Below are positions 16,801 through 27,019 of a DNA stretch of 33,556 nucleotides, one piece after another. Origin of the DNA: an uncultured Ruminococcus sp. (GTDB taxonomy: Bacteria; Bacillota; Clostridia; Oscillospirales; CAG-272); contig CADBTH010000005.1 in assembly GCA_902797495.1 (NCBI GenBank), forward strand, positions 1 through 33,556, written 5' to 3'. How positions within the stretch are numbered: position 1 is the first letter of the stretch; the number at the start of each line of letters is the position of its first letter. The translations under genes and the position numbers were made by a program. The notes beneath the pieces were generated by a model. It was not told where the DNA came from. It made no database searches and saw only the letters and a list, made by a program, of their open reading frames with translations.

Positions 16801-19800
16801 ATGTCCGATAAAACTATGCGGCAGATCTTTTCAAAATACACTCCGATGAACAAAGGTCAGAGCGATCTGTTCGATAATGCATCTGACATCAGAGTGAGGG
16901 CTGATAAGTCGAGAAAGATGTACGAGATCTTTTTCTCTTATCCGACTACTGTCAAAACCAAAATCATATCTGAACTCGAAAGAAACCTTGCGGAGTTTTA
17001 CGACCTTGAATCCGTAAGGCTTTTTCCTACGTTTCCTCCCGAATCTTTCTCGGAAGATTTTGTTCCCGAGATCATAGAAAGCGCAAAGAAAGACGGAACT
17101 GCCGTAAAGGGCTTTTTTAAAGATTACAAAGCTACCGTCAACGGCGATACGCTGAAACTCGAGATACCGTTTGAGAGCGCGGCGGGCGTGATACTGGATC
17201 TTGCCAAAACAGAAACGGTCATAAGCAATATTATAAGAAGTGAGTTTTCGCTTGATTACAAAGTAAGCATAGTATATACTCAGGGAGACGACGGGATAGA
17301 GAGCTATCTTGAGTCTCGTGAATCAGCGGCGAGATCCGTATATGACAGTGAGCTCAGACGTTCCCTTGAAGCCGCTGCTGAAGAGAAGGCGGCGATGCTC
17401 GAATCGGGAGAGACAAAACCCGATCTCGAAAAGAAAGCGTCTTTATTCGACGACAGAGCGCATTATTTGAAGCCGGACGGCGAGAACCCCGTTTCCGGAT
17501 GCTTCACGTTTGATATTTCATCTCCCGAACTACTTATCGGAAGTGAGTTTCAAATTGTCGGCAACGTACAGTTGAGACACGCCGTAAAATCGTATGCGTC
17601 CGCAGTTTTGCTCGGTCAGATCTTCAAATATGAAGAGCGCGAGCTCAGAGGCGGAGATAAATTCAGTATAACGGTAGGGATCACCGACAAGGATTCGTCG
17701 GTCTATATAAAAAAAGTCATATCCGTTGACGAACTCTCCGAATGGAGCTCAAAGCTGAAACCGGGTAAATATATCGCGGTAAAAGGCTCGATCAAGCCCG
17801 ATAAATTCGACGGTGAGTACTGTATGAATCCTCAGGGTATCATGCAGATCAAACGGATCGGGCGTTCGGATCGTTCCGACGAAAAAAGGATCGAACTGCA
17901 TCTTCACACCAATATGTCGGAGGCGGACGCTCTGATAAAACCGGAAGAAGCTGTCATGACGGCATATAAATGGGGTCATCCCGCCGTTGCGATCACGGAT
18001 CACGGAAATCTCCAGGGCTTTCCCATGGCAATGCTGACCGCCGAAAAGATCGCTAAGGACGGCGGCGACATCAAAGTCATTTACGGGATCGAGGCTTATT
18101 ACGTAGACGACACTGCAAGGTGCGTTTACGGCGATTACACAGGTTCCTTTGACGACGAATTCATAGTTTTCGATATCGAGACGACGGGCCTTTCCAACGT
18201 TAACGACCGTATTACCGAGATCGGCGCCGTAAAGGTCAAAGGCAACGAGATACTTGAAAGATACGATACGTTCGTTAATCCCGGAATGCCGATACCCGAG
18301 AAGATCACGGAGCTTACCGGGATCACGAACGAGATGGTATCCGACGCGAGACCGATCGAAGAAGTGCTGCCGGAGTTCTTCGGATTTATCGGAGACAGAC
18401 TTCTGATCGCTCACAATGCGAACTTTGACACGGGGTTCATAAGACGCGCCGCGGAAAGATGCAGGATGAATTTTGAGAATCCTTATCTTGATACTGTCGC
18501 GATGTCTCATTACGTCAACCCCGATATCAAAAACCACAAGCTTGATACTCTTGCCGATTACTATATGCTCGGCGACTTCAACCATCACAGAGCTTGCGAC
18601 GACGCTGAGATGCTCGCGCTGATCTTCTTCAAAATGACGGACAAGCTGCGCGAAGAGGGCGTCACCGATTTCGGAACGATGACGGACGTCATGAGTGAGA
18701 GATCCGATCCGCTTAAACTGAGGCCTTACCATCAGATCATTCTCGTCAAGAATCTTACCGGACTCAAGAATCTCTATAAACTCGTTTCCGACTCGTATCT
18801 TCAGTTCTTCAGAAGATACCCGAGATTCCCGAAGACGCATATCGAAGAGTACAGAGAAGGGCTCCTCATCGGATCGGCGTGCGAAGCGGGAGAACTGTAT
18901 CAGGCAATACTTAACGGCAGACCCGAGACCGAGATCGAAAAAATAGCGGAGTTCTACGATTATCTAGAGATCCAGCCGGTTTCAAACAACTCTTTCATGA
19001 TCAATGAAGGAACGGTCAGCAGTGAAGAAGACCTCAGAGAGATCAATCGCAAGATCTACGCACTCGGTAAGAAGCTCGGAAAACCGGTCGTAGCGACGTC
19101 CGACGCACATTATCTCGATCCCGAAGACGAGATATACAGAAGAATACTTCTCACGGGTAAAAAGTTCAAGGACGCCGACAGAGTAACGGAGCTTTATTTT
19201 AAGACGACCGATGAGATGCTTGAGGAATTCTCGTATTTCGGCGAAGATATCGCACGCGAACTTGTCATAGAAAACCCCGCAAAGATAAGCGGCATGATAG
19301 AGCGTATCAGACCGATACCCGAGGGGAAATATGACCCGCATATCGACGGTTCGGACGACGAGCTCAGAAACAAATGCTATTCTATGGCGCACGATATGTA
19401 CGGAGATCCGCTCCCTAAGGAGGTTTCGGAGCGTCTTGACAAAGAACTCGGTTCAATTATTAAGTACGGTTACTCCATCATGTACATAATCGCAAAGAAA
19501 CTCGTTGAAAACAGCGAGGAAAAGGGGTATCAGGTCGGTTCGCGAGGCTCTGTCGGCTCGTCGATCGCAGCATTTTTTGGGGGGATCACGAAAGTCAACG
19601 CGCTTCCTCCTCACTACAGATGCCCAAAGTGCCGGTATAATGACTTTGAGTCCGGAAAAGCTTACGGCTCCGGTTTCGATATGCCGGAAAAGGACTGTCC
19701 CGTGTGCGGAACTCCTCTGATACGCGACGGGCACGATATACCTTTCGAGACTTTTCTCGGGTTCAAAGGAGACAAGGTTCCCGATATCGACCTCAATTTC

Positions 19801-21216
19801 TCCGGAGACGTACAGTCTGACGCTCACAAATTTACCGAAGTACTCTTCGGTAAAGGTCACGCCTTCCGCGCGGGAACGATCGGAACGCTTGCCGATAAAA
19901 CGGCTTACGGTCTGACTGTAAAGTATCTCGAGGAAAAGGGAATAACTCTTCCGAAAGCCGAGGTGGACAGACTCGTCTGCGGGTGCGTCGGCACGAAACG
20001 CACCACGGGGCAGCATCCGGGCGGCATCATCGTCGTTCCGCAGGAATACGAGATTTACGACTTTTCTCCGATTCAGCATCCTGCAGGCGACAAGAGCGTC
20101 ATCACGACTCACTTCGAGTTCAAGTATCTGCACGATACGATACTGAAGCTCGATATACTCGGGCACGATATTCCGACAAAGTACAAGAGGATCGAAGAGT
20201 ACACGGGAACGAATATCCTCGACACTCCGTTGTCCGATCCGAACGTATACAAACTCTTTACGTCAACGGAACCGCTCGGTGTAACGCCGGAACAGTTAAA
20301 AGGCGTCGAGACCGGAACTCTGTGTCTGCCTGAGATGAACACTCCGTTCGTCAGAGGAGTTCTTATAAAATCTCAGCCTAAGACTTTTGCCGACTTGCTT
20401 CAGATCTCCGGTCTGACCCACGGTACCGCCGTTTGGCTCGGAAACGCAGAAGAGCTGATCGAGCAGAAGATATGCACGATCTCCGACGTTATCGGAACGA
20501 GAGACGATATCATGCTTTGTCTGATACACAAGTACGGGCTTGACAATAAAACCGCTTTCGATATAATGGAGAAAGTCAGAAAAGGTAAGGGTCTAACGCC
20601 TGAGCACGAAGCCGCAATGAGGGAAAAGGGAGTACCGGACTGGTATATTGATTCCTGTAAAAAGATCAAGTATATGTTCCCGAAGGCGCACGCCGCGGCA
20701 TACGTTATCGACGCCCTCAGAATGGGCTGGCACAAGATCTATAATCCCATCGAATTCTATGCCGCATATTTCTCCGCAGCTCCAGGCGGCTGCGACGCGA
20801 CCATAGTTTGCAAAGGCAAGAACTACGTTTACAACGCGCTCGACGATCTTGCAAAGATCAGAAACGCTCCCGGCGCTACGCAGAAGGACAAAGAAGTGTT
20901 CAACGCGATTCAGATCGTCAACGAGTGCTATCAGAGGGGAGGCGACTTCCTTCCCGTACACGTAAATAAATCTCACGCGACGAAGTTCGTTCCCGAAAAC
21001 GGGAAGATCAGAATGCCGTTTATTTCTCTGCCCGGTCTCGGCGAGAGCGCGGCTCTGAGTATTATGAAAGCGCGTGACGAAGGCAAGATACACTGTATCG
21101 ACGATCTTAAGACTAACGCGAACGTCGGTAAGACTCTGATCCAGCTTCTTCAGGACAACGGGGCGCTCGACGGGATGAATCAGACAAATCAGATGTCTCT
21201 TTTCGACCTTATGTAA
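16801..21216 (+). CDS. polC: DNA polymerase III alpha subunit, PolC type
   Basis: Length is 1471 aa. PHP motif is ELHLHTNMS. The internal 3'-5' exonuclease has FDIETTGLS, HNANFDTGF and HRACDDAEM. A zinc finger CPKC...CPVCG and the polymerase core PDIDLNF are present. Confidence 0.97.
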   Translation: MSDKTMRQIFSKYTPMNKGQSDLFDNASDIRVRADKSRKMYEIFFSYPTTVKTKIISELERNLAEFYDLESVRLFPTFPPESFSEDFVPEIIESAKKDGTAVKGFFKDYKATVNGDTLKLEIPFESAAGVILDLAKTETVISNIIRSEFSLDYKVSIVYTQGDDGIESYLESRESAARSVYDSELRRSLEAAAEEKAAMLESGETKPDLEKKASLFDDRAHYLKPDGENPVSGCFTFDISSPELLIGSEFQIVGNVQLRHAVKSYASAVLLGQIFKYEERELRGGDKFSITVGITDKDSSVYIKKVISVDELSEWSSKLKPGKYIAVKGSIKPDKFDGEYCMNPQGIMQIKRIGRSDRSDEKRIELHLHTNMSEADALIKPEEAVMTAYKWGHPAVAITDHGNLQGFPMAMLTAEKIAKDGGDIKVIYGIEAYYVDDTARCVYGDYTGSFDDEFIVFDIETTGLSNVNDRITEIGAVKVKGNEILERYDTFVNPGMPIPEKITELTGITNEMVSDARPIEEVLPEFFGFIGDRLLIAHNANFDTGFIRRAAERCRMNFENPYLDTVAMSHYVNPDIKNHKLDTLADYYMLGDFNHHRACDDAEMLALIFFKMTDKLREEGVTDFGTMTDVMSERSDPLKLRPYHQIILVKNLTGLKNLYKLVSDSYLQFFRRYPRFPKTHIEEYREGLLIGSACEAGELYQAILNGRPETEIEKIAEFYDYLEIQPVSNNSFMINEGTVSSEEDLREINRKIYALGKKLGKPVVATSDAHYLDPEDEIYRRILLTGKKFKDADRVTELYFKTTDEMLEEFSYFGEDIARELVIENPAKISGMIERIRPIPEGKYDPHIDGSDDELRNKCYSMAHDMYGDPLPKEVSERLDKELGSIIKYGYSIMYIIAKKLVENSEEKGYQVGSRGSVGSSIAAFFGGITKVNALPPHYRCPKCRYNDFESGKAYGSGFDMPEKDCPVCGTPLIRDGHDIPFETFLGFKGDKVPDIDLNFSGDVQSDAHKFTEVLFGKGHAFRAGTIGTLADKTAYGLTVKYLEEKGITLPKAEVDRLVCGCVGTKRTTGQHPGGIIVVPQEYEIYDFSPIQHPAGDKSVITTHFEFKYLHDTILKLDILGHDIPTKYKRIEEYTGTNILDTPLSDPNVYKLFTSTEPLGVTPEQLKGVETGTLCLPEMNTPFVRGVLIKSQPKTFADLLQISGLTHGTAVWLGNAEELIEQKICTISDVIGTRDDIMLCLIHKYGLDNKTAFDIMEKVRKGKGLTPEHEAAMREKGVPDWYIDSCKKIKYMFPKAHAAAYVIDALRMGWHKIYNPIEFYAAYFSAAPGGCDATIVCKGKNYVYNALDDLAKIRNAPGATQKDKEVFNAIQIVNECYQRGGDFLPVHVNKSHATKFVPENGKIRMPFISLPGLGESAALSIMKARDEGKIHCIDDLKTNANVGKTLIQLLQDNGALDGMNQTNQMSLFDLM

Positions 21217-21218
21217 TT

Positions 21219-21254
21219 AAATACTCCGGGCATATACTGCCCGGAGTATTTTTA
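21219..21254. terminator. Bidirectional terminator between convergent polC and the Ca2+-ATPase gene
   Basis: Perfect 13-bp stem aatactccgggca/tgcccggagtatt with a 5-nt loop. It is flanked by an A-run on one side and a T-run on the other, and it abuts both stop codons. Confidence 0.75.
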
Positions 21255-23942
21255 CGCCGCAATCTTTTTTCTTATCTGATCGACCGGTATTACGGTAGCC
21301 GAGATTATAAAACATATACCGAGATCGCGTAAGGACACGGGAGTGCATCTGAAGATCTCTCCCCCGAAATATATTATAGTGAGCTGAGCGACTGATACGA
21401 ACGCGATAATAAAGATAAACGCTTTGTTTCCTGAGATGTGAGAGAAGAGTTTTCCGACCGGCGCTCTTGCGTTGAAACTGTTGAACAGACCGCAGAAAAT
21501 GAACAGCGCAAAGAAACACGTCAAAAAATATGTATCGCTTTCAGTCGAAATGATACGTCTGAAAACGGGAAGTTTCAGAAAAGCTATGCACAGCGCAAGC
21601 GTATATAATCCGCAGCAGAGTATTTGACAAGTCATTTTTCCGGTCAGTATCTTTGCGTTTCGTTTCATCGGGGGTCTTTTCACGTATTCTTTAAGCGGGA
21701 TCTCTCCCGCAAAAGCCAGACCTCCGAGAGTATCCATAATAATGTTGACCCACAACATCTGGATCACGGTGATCGGAGATTCAACGCCGATAAACGGACC
21801 TATCAGCGATACGCCCAGCGCACATAGATTCATCGTGAGCTGAAACGTGATAAATTTTCTGATTGATTCAAATACGCATCTTCCGTAAAGGATTGCCTTT
21901 GTGATCGACGAGAAACTGTTATTCGTAAGAATAATATCCGACGCTTCCTTTGCAACGTCGCTACCGCTTCCCATCGCAAAACCGACGTCTGCGGCTTTAA
22001 GAGACGGAGCGTCGTTAATACCGTCTCCCGTCATTCCGGATACGAGCCCGAGTTTTCCGGATATGTCGACGAGCCTCAGTTTATCCTGCGGCATGGCGCG
22101 TGAAACGACCGCGAGTTTCGGCAGTATGGATTTAAGCTCCTCGTCGTCGATCGATCTCAGTTCTTCACCCGATATTGAACGAGTATATTTTTCGTTTATG
22201 ATACCCGCCTCGCGCGCTATAGCTTCCGCGGTATCTCTGTTGTCTCCTGTCACCATCACTACGTGTACTCCGGCGTCTGTCGCTTCACGCACGGAACTTA
22301 CGATATCGTGACGTATCTCGTCGCGTATCGAAATCAAAGCGCAGAAAACATACTCCGTGCTTCTGCTTTCACAGATATCGTCCCAGCATGAAAGGTCGGA
22401 CGTTGTGAGTGCCATAACTCTCGCGCAATCTGTAGTTTCTTCTTTTATAGCCGCAAAGATCCTGCTTTTCATCGACTGGTTTAAAACGTTGACTTTGCCG
22501 TTCTCCGCAAGATAGTATTTACAGGAGGAGAGAAGTTTTTCAGCAGCGCCGAGAGCGGCGCACTTTTTTATTCCGGACGTTTCGTATACGCAGGCAGAAT
22601 ATTTGTTTTGCGAATTGAACTTCAGCTTTTTGCATACCGCAGTCCTACATTTAGAGTCAGTTCCTTTGCAGAAGTTAACAAGCGCCTTTTCAGTCGCCGT
22701 TCTGTAAGTGTTTCCGATCAGATAGTCCGATATCAGCGGAACGAATTCCCTGTACACAGCGTGATTTGAAAGATCTGAACTTTTAATGAATTCTCCGCTT
22801 GAAGTAATAATTTTTCTAACAGACATATTCCCGGTCGTGACGGTGCCTGTTTTGTCTGTGAATAGGACGTTCATACATCCCGCGGTTTCTATTCCGACCA
22901 TCTTTCTGACAAGAACTCCCGATCTCAGCATCTTCTTCATATTTGAAGAAAGAACGACCGTTATCATCATTGGCAGGCCTTCCGGGACTGCCATTACGAT
23001 GACCGAAACGCCGAGCGTCACCGCGTTCAGGATTTCCGAAACTATATATCTTACGTCCTTGATCCTCAGAAGTATGACCGACGCGTTCCATCCGGAGTCA
23101 ATTACTATTGAATTGACAAGATAAGCCGCCATGATCATGAAAGCGGCGAAGTATCCTAAATAGCTTACCGTTTTTGCAAGCTCCGACAGCCTTTCTTTAA
23201 GAGGGCTTTTTCTGTCTTCTCTAACCAGACTGTGAGCGATCTTTCCGTATTCGGTCCTCTCTCCGACGTTTATAACGACGGCTTTGCATTCGCCTTTCGT
23301 GCAAAGACAACCTTTATATATTTTACTCGATTCGGGCGCGGCGTCGCCGTCTGCCGCGACGTCGAATGATTCGCCGTATAAAACGCCGCTCGTTTTTTTG
23401 AGTTCGGCCGCTTCTCCTGTGAGCGGAGCTTGATTTACGCCGACTGAGCCGGATACGACGACGCAATCCGCGGGAATACTCATTCCTGCGGCGACAAGTA
23501 TCAAGTCTCCGGATACTATATCCTCGGAGTTTATCTCGCGTCTTGTTCCGGAACGGATCACGGTCACGTATCCTTTGCCCGATCTTTCGTTCAGCTTTTC
23601 AAAAGCGTTCTCGCTTCCGTACTCGGAGATCGTAGATACGAGAGCGGCGACTAATATCGCGCATGCGATACCTATCGTCTCGGGCCAGTTTATGTTTTTC
23701 ATCATAAACAACACGTTTATGATAAGTGCGCCTATCAGTATCCTGATGATCGGATCGCCGAGATTTTCAGCAAACTTCGCAAGGAATGATTTGCGTTTAT
23801 TCTTAGGCATTTTATTTTTGCCTCTGACCGAACGGCTGAGTGAAACGACGTCTTCAGCGAGTCCTTTATTCAAGTCGGTCACTATTGCGCGTTCAGTATC
23901 TAAGGCGTCGACCGACACGGTTTTTTCGTTGCTTTTTATCAT
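21252..23942 (-). CDS. P-type (type IIA-like) Ca2+-transporting ATPase
   Basis: DKTGTVT phosphorylation site, VPEGLPMM in TM4, TGDNRDTA and GDGINDAPSLK are present. ATG 23942 is preceded by GGAG plus a 6-nt spacer. The longer ORF-track version (to 24098) would overlap znuB and lacks an RBS. Confidence 0.85.
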   Translation of the reverse strand: MIKSNEKTVSVDALDTERAIVTDLNKGLAEDVVSLSRSVRGKNKMPKNKRKSFLAKFAENLGDPIIRILIGALIINVLFMMKNINWPETIGIACAILVAALVSTISEYGSENAFEKLNERSGKGYVTVIRSGTRREINSEDIVSGDLILVAAGMSIPADCVVVSGSVGVNQAPLTGEAAELKKTSGVLYGESFDVAADGDAAPESSKIYKGCLCTKGECKAVVINVGERTEYGKIAHSLVREDRKSPLKERLSELAKTVSYLGYFAAFMIMAAYLVNSIVIDSGWNASVILLRIKDVRYIVSEILNAVTLGVSVIVMAVPEGLPMMITVVLSSNMKKMLRSGVLVRKMVGIETAGCMNVLFTDKTGTVTTGNMSVRKIITSSGEFIKSSDLSNHAVYREFVPLISDYLIGNTYRTATEKALVNFCKGTDSKCRTAVCKKLKFNSQNKYSACVYETSGIKKCAALGAAEKLLSSCKYYLAENGKVNVLNQSMKSRIFAAIKEETTDCARVMALTTSDLSCWDDICESRSTEYVFCALISIRDEIRHDIVSSVREATDAGVHVVMVTGDNRDTAEAIAREAGIINEKYTRSISGEELRSIDDEELKSILPKLAVVSRAMPQDKLRLVDISGKLGLVSGMTGDGINDAPSLKAADVGFAMGSGSDVAKEASDIILTNNSFSSITKAILYGRCVFESIRKFITFQLTMNLCALGVSLIGPFIGVESPITVIQMLWVNIIMDTLGGLAFAGEIPLKEYVKRPPMKRNAKILTGKMTCQILCCGLYTLALCIAFLKLPVFRRIISTESDTYFLTCFFALFIFCGLFNSFNARAPVGKLFSHISGNKAFIFIIAFVSVAQLTIIYFGGEIFRCTPVSLRDLGICFIISATVIPVDQIRKKIAA

Positions 23943-24000
23943 TGTAAACTCCGTCTTTAACGTTTGTACTATTATATTTTGTTCACGGAGCCTGTATGAT

Positions 24001-24026
24001 AAAGGACCGCATTTCGGCGGCCCTTT
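24001..24026 (-). terminator. Weak hairpin/terminator after znuB
   Basis: Imperfect 10-bp stem (one mismatch) aaaggaccgc/gcggcccttt with a 6-nt loop. The trailing U-tract on the minus strand is poor. Confidence 0.35.
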
Positions 24027-24042
24027 GATATATTGTGCGTTA

Positions 24043-24897
24043 TTAAGATTTATCTTTTCTGAAGACGGAGAAAAAGAGATACAGCACGAGATTGACAAGT
24101 ACGACGGATGGACCGATCGGCATTCCGCTCACGAGGAAAGAGATCAGTATACCCGTGACGGTACAGAACGATGAGATTATGACAGACGCAATGATCACCC
24201 TCTTAAATGTTGAGCATATGCGCATCGCGGTGAGTGCGGGAAAAACGATCAGTCCGGAGATCATGACTGCCCCGAGCATTTTCATTCCCATTACCACGGT
24301 AAGCGCTGCGAGTATCGCGATAACGGTTTTGAACCGATCTGTCTTTATCCCCGACGCTTTTGAAAACGTCTCGTCGAAAGTAACGGCGAAAATCCTGTTG
24401 TAATAAAAAATGAAAATTATCAGCACTGATGCGGCAAGCAGAACGGTCGTTACGATATCCGCAGCAGAAGGAGTCAGCAGAGAGGCGGATCCGAACATAC
24501 TTGAACAAACGTCTGTAGTGTTGCCCGTTGCGTACTGGAATATGACGTAACCGACGGCAAGAGCGCTCGTCGAAACGATTGCTACTGCGGAGTCTCCTTT
24601 CAGCCCGTTTTTCTCGTCGAGCTTAAGGATTAGTATCGCGGCTGCGATGACGATCGGTACGGAAATAAGAAGAGAATAAGCGCCGAGTTTTTCGCCGAAT
24701 AATTTTTCGCATATGGCGGCGATCGCCATCGATCCGAAGCCAATGTGAGCCAGTCCGTCTCCGAGCATCGAATATTTTTTAAGTACGAGTGTCACCCCGA
24801 GCAGAGAGGCGCAGACTGATATCAGAAGTCCGATGAAGAGCGAGCCTGCGAACATGGAGAGGATGATACTGTTAGAGAAGATCTCAGTGATGTTCAT
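24043..24897 (-). CDS. znuB: Metal (zinc-type) ABC transporter permease, ABC-3 family
   Basis: Polytopic membrane protein of 284 aa. It is translationally coupled to the ATPase component (14-nt overlap) in an operon with a Fur-family repressor and a cluster A-I SBP. Confidence 0.8.
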   Translation of the reverse strand: MNITEIFSNSIILSMFAGSLFIGLLISVCASLLGVTLVLKKYSMLGDGLAHIGFGSMAIAAICEKLFGEKLGAYSLLISVPIVIAAAILILKLDEKNGLKGDSAVAIVSTSALAVGYVIFQYATGNTTDVCSSMFGSASLLTPSAADIVTTVLLAASVLIIFIFYYNRIFAVTFDETFSKASGIKTDRFKTVIAILAALTVVMGMKMLGAVMISGLIVFPALTAMRICSTFKRVIIASVIISSFCTVTGILISFLVSGMPIGPSVVLVNLVLYLFFSVFRKDKS

Positions 24898-25609
24898 GTC
24901 CGCAACCTCCTAAAAAGTGATGGTACAGTTCCGTCTTTTCGTATTCTTCAGTATCTCCGAAGAATTCCGCCGTCTTATTCAGATGGAGGATCTTGTTCGC
25001 GTACTTTGCAACGGTCTTTGTGTCGTGAGAGATCATTATAACGGTTATACCGCCGTCTTTATTCAGCTTATCGATGACGTCGTACATTTCGGCGGTCACG
25101 ATAGGGTCGAGACCGGAAACAGGCTCGTCGAGTATCAGAAGTTTTTCAGAGGCGCACAGAGCTCGTGCAAGCAGAACTCTTTGCTTCTGACCGCCGGAAA
25201 GAGACGTGAAGCTTTTGTTTTTAAGTTTAGCAACGTCAAGAAGTTTCATTTTCTCATCGACCGCAGCTTTATCTGCGGAAGAATAGAAGAAACCTTTTCC
25301 GAGTTTATTACACCTGCCGTGCAGGATAACTTCGTATACGGAAGCGGGGAAGTCGGGATCGATAAAACTCGTCTGAGGAAGATACCCAATCTCTGTATTC
25401 TTCATTTCCTTGTATTCGACAGACCCGGAATCCGGTTTGATCAGGTTGAGAAGGATCTTTGCGAGCGTGCTCTTGCCTGAACCGTTTTCGCCGAGAATGC
25501 AGAGATAATCCCCTTCGTTTACGGTGAAGGATACGTCCTTCAACGCAGCTTTTCCGCCGTAAGAGTATGAAACGTTTCTGCATACTATGATCTCATTTTT
25601 CATTTTCAA
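24884..25609 (-). CDS. znuC: Metal (zinc-type) ABC transporter ATP-binding protein
   Basis: Walker A GENGSGKST, signature LSGGQKQR and Walker B LLILDEP are present. It overlaps both neighbouring genes. Confidence 0.85.
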   Translation of the reverse strand: MKMKNEIIVCRNVSYSYGGKAALKDVSFTVNEGDYLCILGENGSGKSTLAKILLNLIKPDSGSVEYKEMKNTEIGYLPQTSFIDPDFPASVYEVILHGRCNKLGKGFFYSSADKAAVDEKMKLLDVAKLKNKSFTSLSGGQKQRVLLARALCASEKLLILDEPVSGLDPIVTAEMYDVIDKLNKDGGITVIMISHDTKTVAKYANKILHLNKTAEFFGDTEEYEKTELYHHFLGGCGHEHH

Positions 25610-26570
25610 ATGCCTTTCTGAGATTCAAAAGATTTTGCTCCATAATGGATAGGTACGTTGCGCCGCCGTCGAGTTCGCTCTCGGTTATCGTATGACAGGA
25701 ATGAAGAAGCAGCGTTCCGCAGCCGGTATATTTCGATATTGCGTCGGGGACTCCGCTCTGTGACGTCTCAATGTAGAATACGTAATTCAGTCCTTCTTTC
25801 TCAACAACGTCGCAAAGCTTGGCGATAGTCGTCGGGGCAGGCTCGCTCTGTGATGCGCAGCCGTTAAAAGCCGCGTAGCAAGTCAGACCGTATTCTTCGG
25901 CAAAGTATCTGAAAGGGAAGCGGTCGGCAAATACGAGAGTTTTTGACGGTGAATTGTCAAAAAGTTCTTTGAAATCGGAATCGAGTTTATTAAGACTTGC
26001 AACGTATCTTTCGCAATTTGACTTGTAGTAATCGGAATTCGTGCCGTCGAGTCTGCACATGGCGTCGCAAATCGCTTCAGCTGCTTTTGCGGCGTTCAGA
26101 GGCGACGTCCAAACGTGCTCGTCGTATTCATCGCCGTCGCCGCCTTCTTCATCCGCCTCTTCCGATTCGACTATTCCGACGTCGCTCTCTTTTAGAACGT
26201 CGCAGATGTCGCAAAGCGAAAGAAAAACGGGAGAGTCTGCACCTGACGAAGCGATCATGTCTTTGATCTTCATTACCCAATCCGAGTCCGTTTCACCGCC
26301 GACGTAAATAAAGAGGTCGCACTTCATTATTCTGTCGATATCCGACGGGTCGTCGCCGGTATAACTGTGACTGTCGGATCCGGGCCTCAGAAGCATCGAA
26401 ACACTCGCTCTGTCTCCCGCGATCTGCCTTGCAAAGTCAAACTGTGGAAACACCGTACCGATCACGTTAAGATTATGATCATTATTTTCTGTCGCCGCGC
26501 ATGACGCAAGAGACATAACCGCCGCTATAAGCAGAAGCATTATTATAATATCAGTCGCAATTTTTTTCAT
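25593..26570 (-). CDS. znuA: Metal-binding lipoprotein (ZnuA/TroA-like cluster A-I SBP)
   Basis: Signal peptide with lipobox LASC is present. Family motifs are GSDSHSY and DEHVWTSP (the DPHxW equivalent). An acidic loop lies between them. Confidence 0.8.
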   Translation of the reverse strand: MKKIATDIIIMLLLIAAVMSLASCAATENNDHNLNVIGTVFPQFDFARQIAGDRASVSMLLRPGSDSHSYTGDDPSDIDRIMKCDLFIYVGGETDSDWVMKIKDMIASSGADSPVFLSLCDICDVLKESDVGIVESEEADEEGGDGDEYDEHVWTSPLNAAKAAEAICDAMCRLDGTNSDYYKSNCERYVASLNKLDSDFKELFDNSPSKTLVFADRFPFRYFAEEYGLTCYAAFNGCASQSEPAPTTIAKLCDVVEKEGLNYVFYIETSQSGVPDAISKYTGCGTLLLHSCHTITESELDGGATYLSIMEQNLLNLRKAFENEK

Positions 26571-26985
26571 TTTTCCTCATTAAACACTTTCCGCAGATAC
26601 CGTTGATGATGCCGTTACCGCCTATCAGAAATCCGTGTTCGTTCATTATATGCTCTTTTATTTCTCTCATTTTTTCACACTCGAGGTGTATCAGCATTCC
26701 GCACTCGGTACATTTAAGATGGAAATGGTCGCTGCATGACTCGCCGAAGTTTGCATACTGATATACGAATCTGTCTTCGGTTGGGGACTCGTATCTTTTA
26801 AGAATCCCTTTTTTGCAAAGATTGCCGATGATCCTGTACAAAGTGCTTTTGGGAATGTCGACGCCGTTTTCGGACAGATCGTCCAAAGCGTGCTCAACTG
26901 TATAATGCTGTTCTTTATTTGTATAGAAGAATTCCGTAACTATCTTTTTATTATCCGTTGAGTATTCTTTCTTTATAATATCCAT
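26551..26985 (-). CDS. zur: Fur-family transcriptional repressor, probable Zur
   Basis: Winged-helix STLYRIIGNLCKKGIL and paired CxxC motifs (CTEC, CGKC) are present. It is the first gene of the znu operon and has a palindromic box at its own promoter. Confidence 0.75.
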   Translation of the reverse strand: MDIIKKEYSTDNKKIVTEFFYTNKEQHYTVEHALDDLSENGVDIPKSTLYRIIGNLCKKGILKRYESPTEDRFVYQYANFGESCSDHFHLKCTECGMLIHLECEKMREIKEHIMNEHGFLIGGNGIINGICGKCLMRKNEKNCD

Positions 26986-26998
26986 TATACGTCCGCCA

Positions 26999-27019
26999 AA
27001 ATGAGAATTATTCTCATTT
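26999..27019. promoter_or_regulatory. Zur/Fur-type operator (10-1-10 perfect palindrome)
   Basis: aaatgagaat-t-attctcattt is a perfect inverted repeat and is AT-rich like Fur-family boxes. It lies between the -10 hexamer and the RBS of zur. Confidence 0.7.

Noticed and set aside
17749-18840. 363-aa minus-strand ORF inside polC, with other antisense ORFs at 19453-20166 and 20593-21093
   Set aside because: They are fully embedded antisense to the PolC PHP, exonuclease and polymerase regions, which are strongly motif-supported. Their translations have no recognisable motifs. They are typical shadow ORFs.
23943-24098. Longer version of the Ca2+-ATPase ORF starting at 24098
   Set aside because: The extra 52 codons would overlap the znuB 3' end, encode a Cys/Ser-rich non-homologous leader and lack an RBS. 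ATG 23942 has GGAG with a 6-nt spacer, and the P-type ATPase N-terminal domain begins there.
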